Positions 41,552-49,128 of a stretch of 51,807 nucleotides of DNA are shown piece after piece (position 1 is the stretch's first letter; the number at the start of each line of letters is the position of its first letter). Both the position numbers and the translations under genes were made by a program. The notes beneath the pieces were generated by a model. The model was not told the origin of the DNA. It searched no databases and saw only the letters and a list, made by a program, of their open reading frames with translations. Location of the stretch: contig JBDHSS010000001.1 in the NCBI GenBank assembly GCA_039808205.1, positions 1 through 51,807 of the forward strand, written 5' to 3'. The DNA is from Paracoccaceae bacterium. GTDB taxonomy: Bacteria; Pseudomonadota; Alphaproteobacteria; Rhodobacterales; Rhodobacteraceae.

Positions 41552-42384
41552 TGCGACGTGCGCCCCTCTGGCTGAATGGCGCGAGCGTGCTCGGCGTCGG
41601 TGTCTGGTTCATCCTTGCGGTCTTTCCGTTCTTCTGGATGTTCCTGATCTCGTTCCGCGCGCCGGTCGACGCCTTCTCGACGCCGCCGCACCTCTTCGCG
41701 CCGATGTCGCTCCACAACTTCTACGACCTGTGGGTCGCGGACGGCTTCTGGCGCTACGCGTTCAACACCGTCGTCGTCACGGTGTTCACCGTGGCGATCT
41801 CGCTGACCTTCGGCTGCCTCGCCGCCTACGCGCTCTCGCGCTACCCGGGGTCGCTCGGCTTCTGGCTGCTCACCGCGGCGCTGATCTTCCGGGCGATGCC
41901 GCACGTGGTGCTGCTGACCGCCTACAAGCCCGCCTTCTTCGAGCTCGGGCTGTGGAGCCGGTACGAGACGCTGATCATGGTCTACGTCGCGATCAACCAG
42001 CCGTTCACCATCTGGATGCTGCGCTCGTTCTTCATGAACATCCCGCGCGAGCTCGACGAGGCGGCGCTCGTCGACGGCTGCACCCGGCTGCAGGCCTTCC
42101 GCATGGTCATCATGCCGGTGATGTGGCCGGGCGTGCTGACCGCCGGCCTCTTCTCGTTCCTGCTCGCCTACAACGACTACATGATCGCGAGCCAGCTGAT
42201 GAACGGCGACATGGCGACGATGACCGCGGCGCTCGGCAACTATCTCGGGCAGAGCCGGCACATGGACAAGCTCATGCTCGGCATAGCCGGCGCCGTGTCG
42301 ATCTCGGTCCCGCTCATCGTCCTGGTGCTCGTGTTCCAGAAGAACATCGTCTCGGGAATGATCAGCGGTGCGGTCAAGGGATAG
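41551..42384 (+). CDS. Carbohydrate ABC transporter permease
   Basis: IPRELDEAALVDGC...F..VI.P, FQKNIVSG..GAVKG; ATG overlaps the upstream stop. Confidence 0.93.
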   Translation: MRRAPLWLNGASVLGVGVWFILAVFPFFWMFLISFRAPVDAFSTPPHLFAPMSLHNFYDLWVADGFWRYAFNTVVVTVFTVAISLTFGCLAAYALSRYPGSLGFWLLTAALIFRAMPHVVLLTAYKPAFFELGLWSRYETLIMVYVAINQPFTIWMLRSFFMNIPRELDEAALVDGCTRLQAFRMVIMPVMWPGVLTAGLFSFLLAYNDYMIASQLMNGDMATMTAALGNYLGQSRHMDKLMLGIAGAVSISVPLIVLVLVFQKNIVSGMISGAVKG

Positions 42385-42399
42385 ACTTACCGCAAGCCC

Positions 42400-42458
42400 A
42401 CGCGCCGATTTGACGATCAGATTGCGGGCGCGAGACAAATGCAGCTAAAGCGAAGGGG
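42400..42458 (+). ncRNA. SAM-II riboswitch
   Basis: CGCGC-CGATTTG-N9-TTGC-GG-GCGCG-AGACAAAT-GCAGCTAAAG: P1 CGCGC/GCGCG, the GATTT loop, TTGC/GCAG pseudoknot and GCTAAA 3' strand all match the SAM-II consensus as I recall it. Confidence 0.88.
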
Positions 42459-42489
42459 CCGTCCGGTCTCTTCCAGAAGGAGGACACCG

Positions 42490-42810
42490 ATGCCCGACGG
42501 AAATCCGAGCTGCGGGGCCGCATCGCGGATCCCGCTGCAGACCATTGCGGAATACCGCGCGAGCTTCGGCGCGGAGAAGCTCAGCTACCAGCTGGAGCTG
42601 CGCCTCCTCGACGGCTGCAACGCCCTCGCTGCCTTCGCCCTCGCATGCGCCCGGGCCGGCGTCGACCTGCACACCCTGCGCTGCAACAACGACCGCCTCC
42701 TGAGCACGCTCGTGGAGACAGCCACGACCGACCTCGCCGCGTTGGAGCAAGCCCTCTCGGCCAGCACCCTGCTCGCGCTGGTACGGTGGACGACTGTGAT
42801 CGATTTCTGA
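42490..42810 (+). CDS. Small hypothetical protein, possible stand-alone ACT-like domain
   Basis: Strong AGGAGG RBS; YQLELRLLDGCNALAAFALACARAGVDLHTL resembles the ACT beta-loop-helix-G-beta pattern; 106 aa. Confidence 0.65.
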   Translation: MPDGNPSCGAASRIPLQTIAEYRASFGAEKLSYQLELRLLDGCNALAAFALACARAGVDLHTLRCNNDRLLSTLVETATTDLAALEQALSASTLLALVRWTTVIDF

Positions 42811-42889
42811 ACGCCCCGTCGAGCCGAAGGGAGACCGATTTTGCAGGGGGCCTGACTGGGCGGCGGAATTCGCGCTAAAGGTATGGACT

Positions 42890-43110
42890 GCGATTAACAA
42901 ACTTCGAGTCCAAGGATATGTCTTCAAGCGAGATCGAACGGAAGGAACCTTGTGTCGGTTGCCGTAGTTCGGTGGTCCCGAACGCCACCGCCGGCACGCA
43001 AGGATCCGTCTGCCATGCCGGCGACATCGTGCTATTCCCGGAAGGGCGCGAACGAGGCTCCCAGTGGAGCGTCGTTCGCTGGGCCACAAGACAACGGTAC
43101 TTTTAATCGC
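42890..43110. other. Candidate structured non-coding element upstream of cas3
   Basis: Nested inverted repeats: GCGATTAA/TTAATCGC ends, CTTGTG/CACAAG, and three internal hairpins. Confidence 0.4.
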
Positions 43111-43228
43111 CGAGGACGCCAAGAAGCGCCGTAGGGCGGGGTGATCCGCTTCAGCGAACTATCTACTATGCGAGACTGTCAAGCCTGAGGCTCGGAGACT
43201 GAAGCGAGGGCAGGGCAGATTTGACGTC

Positions 43229-45730
43229 ATGATCAATACCAGGCCCGCATGGGGAAAGTGCGATCGCAAGGCGCAGGATTTCCACCATCTCGCGCATCAT
43301 TCCGCCGATGTGGCTGCCGTCCTCATCGAGCTGCTCGCACATCCCCTGATCAGGAAGCGAGCCGCCCGAGGGCTTGGTCGTCCTCTTGCGGAAACCGAGA
43401 TCCGCTGCCTTGGAGCCTTGGCCTTTCTGCATGACATCGGCAAGCTCGCCCCTGGCTTTCAGGCGAAGGGATGGACCGACCACGCCGGACTGCGACTGCG
43501 CGGGCATCTCGAATGCGGCCGGCTATGGATCGAGCAAGGCGGGGCGCATTCGCTTGCCGGAGCAGTAACGCATCTGATGCGCTGGCCGATTGCGCCGCGC
43601 CTGCCGGAATGGTTCGACGCGCTCTTCGCTCATCACGGCCGGCCGGTAGCGCCAGGGCGATCGGAGCGCGGCATCGCCAAGCTGGCCTTTCCCGTTCTGG
43701 CGGGCTACGACTGGCGCGCGGAAGAGGCGCAGATGGGTCGGGCGCTGCTCTCGTGGTTCCCCGAGATCACCCAGGGCTCGGCGCCGCCGCCCGAGCCGGC
43801 GTTCCTGCACTATCTCTGCGGCCTTCTGACCCTGGCGGACTGGATCGGTTCGGACCGCCACGCCTTTCCGTTCGAGAGCGACTTTCGCGCCGACTACTGG
43901 CAGACGGCCCGGGATCGGGCGCGGATGCGCATCCGGGAGATCGGCCTCGCTCCAGGTGCTCTTACCTTGCGCGGTGCCCCGGGCTGGGCGCTGATCTCGG
44001 ACCATCCCACGCCGCGCCCGGCTCAGGAGGCCGTCGCCGCGCTTCCGGTGTCCGAGCGTCTGGTCCTGCTCGAGGCGGAGACCGGCGCCGGCAAGACCGA
44101 GGCCGCGCTGTGGCGCTTTGCCACTCTCCTGGCGGCGGGCGAGGTGGATGCGTTGTATTTCGCCGTGCCGACCCGGGCGGCGGCGCGCCAGCTCCACGGC
44201 CGGGTCAATGCAGCCATCGCGCGCATGTTCGAGCCGGCACCCGAGGCGGTGCTGGCGATCCCCGGGCAGGCGATGGCGGGCGAGGCGCACGGGCAGCGCC
44301 TGCCGGACTTCACGATGCTCTGGGATGATGACGAGATCCGTCCAGCGCGTTGGGCGGCCGAGCATTCGGCACGCTATCTCGCCGCGCAGGTGGCAGTCGG
44401 CACGGTCGACCAGGTGGCCCTTGGCGGGTTGCAGGTGAAATACTCCCATCTGCGCGGGGCTTCGCTGTCGCGCGCGCTGTTGGTGATCGACGAGGTGCAT
44501 GCCTCGGACCCCTACATGACCACCGTGCAAGAGGCGATGGTGCGCGCCCATCTGGATCTGGGTGGGCATGCCATGCTGATGTCGGCGACCCTCGGCGCCG
44601 CTGCCCGGCGCACGTGGCGGCGGGAAACTCCGGCGGATATGACCGCGGACATGGCCCGCCCCTATCCGGCGGTCTGGACCTCGGCCGGGCTGCGGGCGAT
44701 TGCTGCGGACAGGAGCGCCGGCAAACGCGCCCTCGTCGAAACCCACCCCGGCTGGAGCGGCGAGGATGCCGCCCGCCTTGCGATCACGGCGGCGAGGCAG
44801 GGCGCCCGCGTTCTGGTCATCCGCAACACCGTGGTCCGGGCACAGGAAACCTATGTCGCTGCCCTCGCCACCGAACCGGATCTGCTCCTGTCGGTCGCGG
44901 GCGTTCCCACCCTTCACCACAGCCGTTTCGCCGCCGAGGATCGGATGGCACTTGATCAGGCGGTCGAAGCGGCGCTCGGCAAGGGCAGCGCGCCGGGCGG
45001 CCGGATCGTGGTCGGCACCCAGACCCTCGAGCAATCGCTCGACGTCTGCGCGGATCTGCTGATCACCGACCTTTGCCCGATGGACGTGCTGTTGCAGCGC
45101 ATCGGGCGGCTCCACCGTCATGACCGCCCCCGCCCGCCAGGGTTCGAGGCGGCCCGGTGCATCGTGCTGACTCCACCGGGCGGGCTGGACCCGCTGACGC
45201 GTGTGGCCGAGAACGGCCTTGGCGCTTACGCGAACGGCCCCAGCCTGTCCGGCGTCTATGTCGACGTCCCCGGGCTGGCCGCGACGCTGGCACAGATCGA
45301 GACGCGGCCGCTCTGGCAGATCCCTCAGATGAATCGCGCGCTGGTCGAGGCCGCCACGCACCCCGACGCGTTGGACCACATCGCCGAGGCGCAGGGCTGG
45401 CAGGCGTACCGCCAGCGTGTCACCGGCAAGGCGCTGGCCGAAATGGCCGGAGCAAAGCTTGTGCTTCTGGACCGGACCAAGCCGCTCCCTGCCTTCCCGG
45501 GAGACGAGAGAATCCGCACTCGGCTGGGTGGAGAGGGCGTCGTGCTGAAGCTTCCGGCGGGGACAGTCGGGGCGTTCGGGCGTGAAATCACCCGCCTCGC
45601 GCTGCCGGCGCACTGGTCGCATGGGCTGACCGGCGAGGAGGAGCCAGCCGTTGACGCGGGATCCCCCATGAGGATGAGCGTCTCGTCGCTTCACCTGAGC
45701 TATGATCGGCGCGGATTGTGGAAGCCTTGA
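43229..45730 (+). CDS. cas3: CRISPR-associated helicase/nuclease Cas3
   Basis: HD domain (H..DV, LHDIGK, HHG, LADWIGS) and helicase motifs ETGAGKTEA, DEVH, SAT, QRIGRLHRH, all intact. Confidence 0.96.
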   Translation: MINTRPAWGKCDRKAQDFHHLAHHSADVAAVLIELLAHPLIRKRAARGLGRPLAETEIRCLGALAFLHDIGKLAPGFQAKGWTDHAGLRLRGHLECGRLWIEQGGAHSLAGAVTHLMRWPIAPRLPEWFDALFAHHGRPVAPGRSERGIAKLAFPVLAGYDWRAEEAQMGRALLSWFPEITQGSAPPPEPAFLHYLCGLLTLADWIGSDRHAFPFESDFRADYWQTARDRARMRIREIGLAPGALTLRGAPGWALISDHPTPRPAQEAVAALPVSERLVLLEAETGAGKTEAALWRFATLLAAGEVDALYFAVPTRAAARQLHGRVNAAIARMFEPAPEAVLAIPGQAMAGEAHGQRLPDFTMLWDDDEIRPARWAAEHSARYLAAQVAVGTVDQVALGGLQVKYSHLRGASLSRALLVIDEVHASDPYMTTVQEAMVRAHLDLGGHAMLMSATLGAAARRTWRRETPADMTADMARPYPAVWTSAGLRAIAADRSAGKRALVETHPGWSGEDAARLAITAARQGARVLVIRNTVVRAQETYVAALATEPDLLLSVAGVPTLHHSRFAAEDRMALDQAVEAALGKGSAPGGRIVVGTQTLEQSLDVCADLLITDLCPMDVLLQRIGRLHRHDRPRPPGFEAARCIVLTPPGGLDPLTRVAENGLGAYANGPSLSGVYVDVPGLAATLAQIETRPLWQIPQMNRALVEAATHPDALDHIAEAQGWQAYRQRVTGKALAEMAGAKLVLLDRTKPLPAFPGDERIRTRLGGEGVVLKLPAGTVGAFGREITRLALPAHWSHGLTGEEEPAVDAGSPMRMSVSSLHLSYDRRGLWKP

Positions 45731-45762
45731 CATCGTGATCAGTGCGTCGGAATGTGAAGAAC
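45727..45762 (+). promoter_or_regulatory. Putative sigma70 promoter for the cascade operon
   Basis: Perfect TTGACA at 45727-45732 overlapping the cas3 stop, 17-bp spacer, GAATGT -10 at 45750-45755; predicted start near 45762. Confidence 0.65.
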
Positions 45763-45800
45763 TATTTATGTGAGGATGGTCCGGAAGGAGGATCCTATCG

Positions 45801-46007
45801 ATGGGACTGAGCTTGGGTGTGGCAGCCTCCGGCACGTCTGTTCCCTTGCCTTCAATCTGCCGGCGGCCATTGGGGTCACATTCCGAGCTCGGAACCACGC
45901 CCACCGTGTCCGACTCCCGCGATAGCGGGAATAGTCCCTACTTGTGCGAGGATGGCTCCTCATCGGTAGAGCTTTCCCCAAAACCCTTGGGGTATCAGAG
46001 GCCGTGA
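45801..46007 (+). CDS. 68-codon leader ORF spanning the mini-array, stop overlapping the cas8e start
   Basis: AGGAGG at 45786-45791, ATG at 45801, TGA at 46005-46007 within GTGA. Codon usage is atypical, so the peptide itself may be non-functional. Confidence 0.45.
   Translation: MGLSLGVAASGTSVPLPSICRRPLGSHSELGTTPTVSDSRDSGNSPYLCEDGSSSVELSPKPLGYQRP
45910..45999 (+). CRISPR. Degenerate single-spacer mini-array (CreR/CreA-like crRNA mimic)
   Basis: Repeat 1 (45910-45938) CCGACTCCCGCGATAGCGGGAATAGTCCC is 20/29 identical to the array repeat with a compensatory T-A pair. Spacer is 32 nt (45939-45970). Repeat 2 has stem CCCCAA/TTGGGG (45976-45992) at the same 5-nt offset. Confidence 0.85.
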
Positions 46008-47509
46008 GCGGAAACCTCCTGCGTGACCCGCTGATCCAGACTGACCAGGGCTGGCATACGCTTCCCGGCCTGCTGGCGGCGATGACGCGCGGCGAGGTGG
46101 CGATGTTTCCTGCCATGCGCCCGCATCAGCGCCCGGCATGGCACATGTTCCTTGTTCAACTCGGCGTGCTGGCACTGGACGGGGCCGGACGAAAAGAACT
46201 GCCCGACGCCGAAGAGGACTGGCGCGCCGCGCTCCGCGCCCTGACGGCGGATTTTCCCGACGACGCGCCCTGGCATCTGATCGGTGCCGATCGCTGTCGC
46301 CCTGCCTTCCTGCAGCCTCCCGATCCAGGCGGGTTGAAGTGGTCGGAGGTGCCGACACCCGATGCGCTCGACATGCTGATCACCTCGCGCAACCACGACG
46401 TGAAGCGCGAGATTGCCCGGGACGGCGCGCCGCAGGACTGGATCTTCGCGCTGGTCAGCCTGCAGACGATGGAGGGCTTCGGCGGCGCCGGCAACTATGG
46501 CATATCCCGCATGAACGGCGGCTCGTCATCACGCGTATTGATGGGGCTCGCTCCGGGCCGCGCAGGAAGCGCGCAGGTAGACCCTTCGGCGTGGTGGGCG
46601 CGGGATGTCCGGGCGTTGTTGGCCGGGCGGTCTGGCCTGTCTGGCAAGGCATTGTTGTGGCTGGAACCATGGCCGGAAGGCCGTTCCCTCGATCTTGGCA
46701 CGCTCGATTCGCTCTTCATCGAGATCTGCCGTCGTGTCCGGTTGGTGGAACGGGACGGTCGTATGCTGGCCGAACGCAGCACCTCGAAAGCGGCGCGGAT
46801 CGCGGCGAAGGAGGCCTTGGGCAATACCGGTGATGCCTGGGCACCGATCCATCTGGCCGACAGCAAGAGCCTGAGTCTGGGCGAGCGAGACTGGACGCAC
46901 GAACTGCTGGTGACGCTGCTCTACAAGGGGGAGTGGTCGATCCCCCGGCTTGCGCAACTCCAGCCCGGCGAGGAAGCTGCGCCGATGCTGTTGGTCGCCG
47001 AGGCGTTCGCGCGTGGAAACTCCAAGACCGACGGCTTCCGCTCGCGCGTGGTGCCGGTGCCCAAGGCGATTGTGACGCAGATGTTCGGTGCGCGCCCGGC
47101 CGAGGTAGCGGATGGCATCCTGAAAGATATCGCTGAGATCGAGATCGCATTGCGCAATGGTCTCGTCCTGGTCGCAGCGGGGGGCGAGCGGGAGAAGGTC
47201 TCCAAGCCAAATTACGCCCGCACGCAGCCGGCCCGGTTGGCCTTGCGCCGGCACGCGGATGCGATGTTCTTCCCCGAACTCTGGGCGCGGATGGCGGTGA
47301 CGCATGACAGCGGCTTCACGCCCCTGCGGCTGACGTTCTTGGAACGCCTCGCCCGCCATGCCCGCGCCGAATTCCGCGCCGCGGCTCCGGGCATTCCCTG
47401 TTCCAGCCTGATGCGTCCTCGGGCCGAGGCCCGCGGATGGCAGGCGCTGGAGCGAGGACTGGCCCGAGCCATGGCAAAGTTGAAGGAGGAGGTGCCCGCC
47501 CATGTCTGA
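46004..47509 (+). CDS. cas8e: Type I-E Cascade large subunit Cas8e (Cse1/CasA)
   Basis: NLL.DPLI start, RPHQR.AWHMFLVQL, AFLQPP, TPD.LDML.TS.NHD.K, G.GNYGISRMNGG; first gene after cas3. Confidence 0.88.
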   Translation: MSGNLLRDPLIQTDQGWHTLPGLLAAMTRGEVAMFPAMRPHQRPAWHMFLVQLGVLALDGAGRKELPDAEEDWRAALRALTADFPDDAPWHLIGADRCRPAFLQPPDPGGLKWSEVPTPDALDMLITSRNHDVKREIARDGAPQDWIFALVSLQTMEGFGGAGNYGISRMNGGSSSRVLMGLAPGRAGSAQVDPSAWWARDVRALLAGRSGLSGKALLWLEPWPEGRSLDLGTLDSLFIEICRRVRLVERDGRMLAERSTSKAARIAAKEALGNTGDAWAPIHLADSKSLSLGERDWTHELLVTLLYKGEWSIPRLAQLQPGEEAAPMLLVAEAFARGNSKTDGFRSRVVPVPKAIVTQMFGARPAEVADGILKDIAEIEIALRNGLVLVAAGGEREKVSKPNYARTQPARLALRRHADAMFFPELWARMAVTHDSGFTPLRLTFLERLARHARAEFRAAAPGIPCSSLMRPRAEARGWQALERGLARAMAKLKEEVPAHV

Positions 47510-47993
47510 CGGACCGGATGAAACCGCGCGCCGGGCGCTGTCGATCGCTGCGGCACTGGCGGCGTCCGGCTCCGGCGAGAAGGCCGAAGCCCGCCGCATG
47601 GGGGATGACGGGGCGCCGGTGTTCTGGCGCCAGGTGTCCCGACTGGGCATTTCCCGCCCGCAGGAGAGGGATTGGCTGCGTTTCACGCGACTGATCGCGC
47701 TTCTGACGCGGGCAAGCGCCACGACCTCGATCCACGACCCGGCCCGCCCGCTCGGTGCGGCACTGGCCGATGCCGGGTTTTCCGAACCGCGGCTTGCCCG
47801 GCTGCTCGCGGCGCGCGGCGACGCCCGGGCCGAGGCTCTCGAACGTGCCATCCGCATGATCGCCCGCACCGGTTCGAGGCTCGATGTAGTCAGCCTCGCC
47901 CGCGCCGTCCTGGGCCAGCCCGGTAATGGTCTCGCCCGCCAGTACTACGACCGCCTTGATCACGCCCGGACTCCGGAGGCCAAAGATGCCTGA
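47502..47993 (+). CDS. cas11: Type I-E Cascade small subunit Cas11 (Cse2/CasB)
   Basis: LGAALA..GFSE.RL.RLL motif, LARQYY end; position between cas8e and cas7. Confidence 0.85.
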   Translation: MSDGPDETARRALSIAAALAASGSGEKAEARRMGDDGAPVFWRQVSRLGISRPQERDWLRFTRLIALLTRASATTSIHDPARPLGAALADAGFSEPRLARLLAARGDARAEALERAIRMIARTGSRLDVVSLARAVLGQPGNGLARQYYDRLDHARTPEAKDA

Positions 47994-49128
47994 TCCCCGC
48001 TTCCTGCAGATACATTTTCTGGCTCCCTACACGGCCGCGCTGCTGAACCGCGACGATGCCGGACTTGCCAAGCGCCTGCCCTATGGCGGCACGCTGCGCA
48101 CTCGGATCAGTTCGCAATGCCTGAAGCGTCATTGGCGGCTGGCCGATGATCCCCATGCGCTTGACCGCATCGAGGGCGCCGATGCGGCCTTTCGTTCGCG
48201 CGAGATCATCGACCGCAAGGTGCTGGGCGACCAGGCGAAGGATGTCGACGAGAGCGTTCTGAAGCCGATCCGCGAGGCCCTGCTGGTTGCGGTCTACGGC
48301 GACAAGGGCATGGACAAGAGGTCGCGCCAGACCCTGCTCCTGGGCGAGGTCGAGGTCGCCTATCTGGCCGCCGAGGCGCAACGGCTTGTCGGCGAGGCGG
48401 CGGGCGACCCCAAACAGGCCAGCGAGCTGGCGAGGGATTGGCTGAAAGCCCACAAGGCCAACCTCAAGGCGCTGTCCGAAGGCGCAAGACTCCCTGGCGG
48501 GCTGATCGGGGCGTTGTTCGGACGCATGGTCACCTCGGACCCGAAGGCGAACATCGAGGCTCCGGTGCATGTCGCCCATGCCTTCACCGTCCATGCCGAA
48601 GAGGCCGAGAGCGACTATTTCATCGCTGTCGACGATCTGGCGCGCGACGAGGATACCGGGGCCGACACCATTCAGGAAACCGAGCTGACTTCGGGGCTCT
48701 ACTATGGCTATGTGGTGGTCGACATCCCCGGGCTTCTCGCCAATCTCGGCGGGGATGCGCACGCGCGGTTGGCAGGGGACGTGCTGCACAACCTGCTTTA
48801 CCTGATCGCTGAGGTCTCGCCCGGAGCCAAGCTCGGCTCGACCGCGCCCTATTCGCGCGCCTCCTTCGTGCTGGTCGAGGCCGGAGACCGCCAGCCTCGC
48901 TCGCTGGCCGAGGCCTTCCGCGCCCATTGCCCGGCCAGCGCTCCCGTGGCCGTCGAGCGGCTCGCTGAACATCTGGCTGCCCTCGACGCCGCCTATGCGA
49001 CTGGCGAGGCGCGGTGGTTCATGTCGCTGGCCAACAGCGATCTGCGGGGAGCCGAACGCGGCAGCCTGGCCGATCTGGCGGGCTTCGTGCAGGGCCTGCC
49101 TGCAAGGCTGACGGACGCTGCCGCATGA
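47986..49128 (+). CDS. cas7: Type I-E Cas7 (Cse4/CasC)
   Basis: FLQIH.L..Y...LNRDD.GLAK, RISSQCLKR, ALFGRM, VAHAFTVH, DYF.AVDDL. Confidence 0.95.
   Translation: MPDPRFLQIHFLAPYTAALLNRDDAGLAKRLPYGGTLRTRISSQCLKRHWRLADDPHALDRIEGADAAFRSREIIDRKVLGDQAKDVDESVLKPIREALLVAVYGDKGMDKRSRQTLLLGEVEVAYLAAEAQRLVGEAAGDPKQASELARDWLKAHKANLKALSEGARLPGGLIGALFGRMVTSDPKANIEAPVHVAHAFTVHAEEAESDYFIAVDDLARDEDTGADTIQETELTSGLYYGYVVVDIPGLLANLGGDAHARLAGDVLHNLLYLIAEVSPGAKLGSTAPYSRASFVLVEAGDRQPRSLAEAFRAHCPASAPVAVERLAEHLAALDAAYATGEARWFMSLANSDLRGAERGSLADLAGFVQGLPARLTDAAA

Noticed and set aside
42970-43050. Second crRNA-like unit on the minus strand (ATAGCACG + 32 nt + 6-bp stem)
   Set aside because: The spacing fits, but the upstream stem is only 3 bp, the downstream loop is 9 nt, repeat similarity is poor and I found no PAM-flanked target in the window.
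42890-43110. Retron msr-msd
   Set aside because: Terminal inverted repeats are suggestive, but no reverse transcriptase is present nearby.
42875-43134. Small ORFs 42918-43106, 42952-43134 and 42875-43087
   Set aside because: No well-spaced RBS, atypical codons, no motifs; they overlap the predicted RNA structure.
43133-43220. FMN riboswitch (AGGGCGGGGTGA start)
   Set aside because: Only the first 12 nt resemble it; the remaining conserved FMN elements are absent.
45944-46003. N-terminal extension of Cas8e from the ORF track
   Set aside because: It lies within the mini-array spacer and repeat; the family-like sequence (NLL.DPLI) begins just after GTG 46004.
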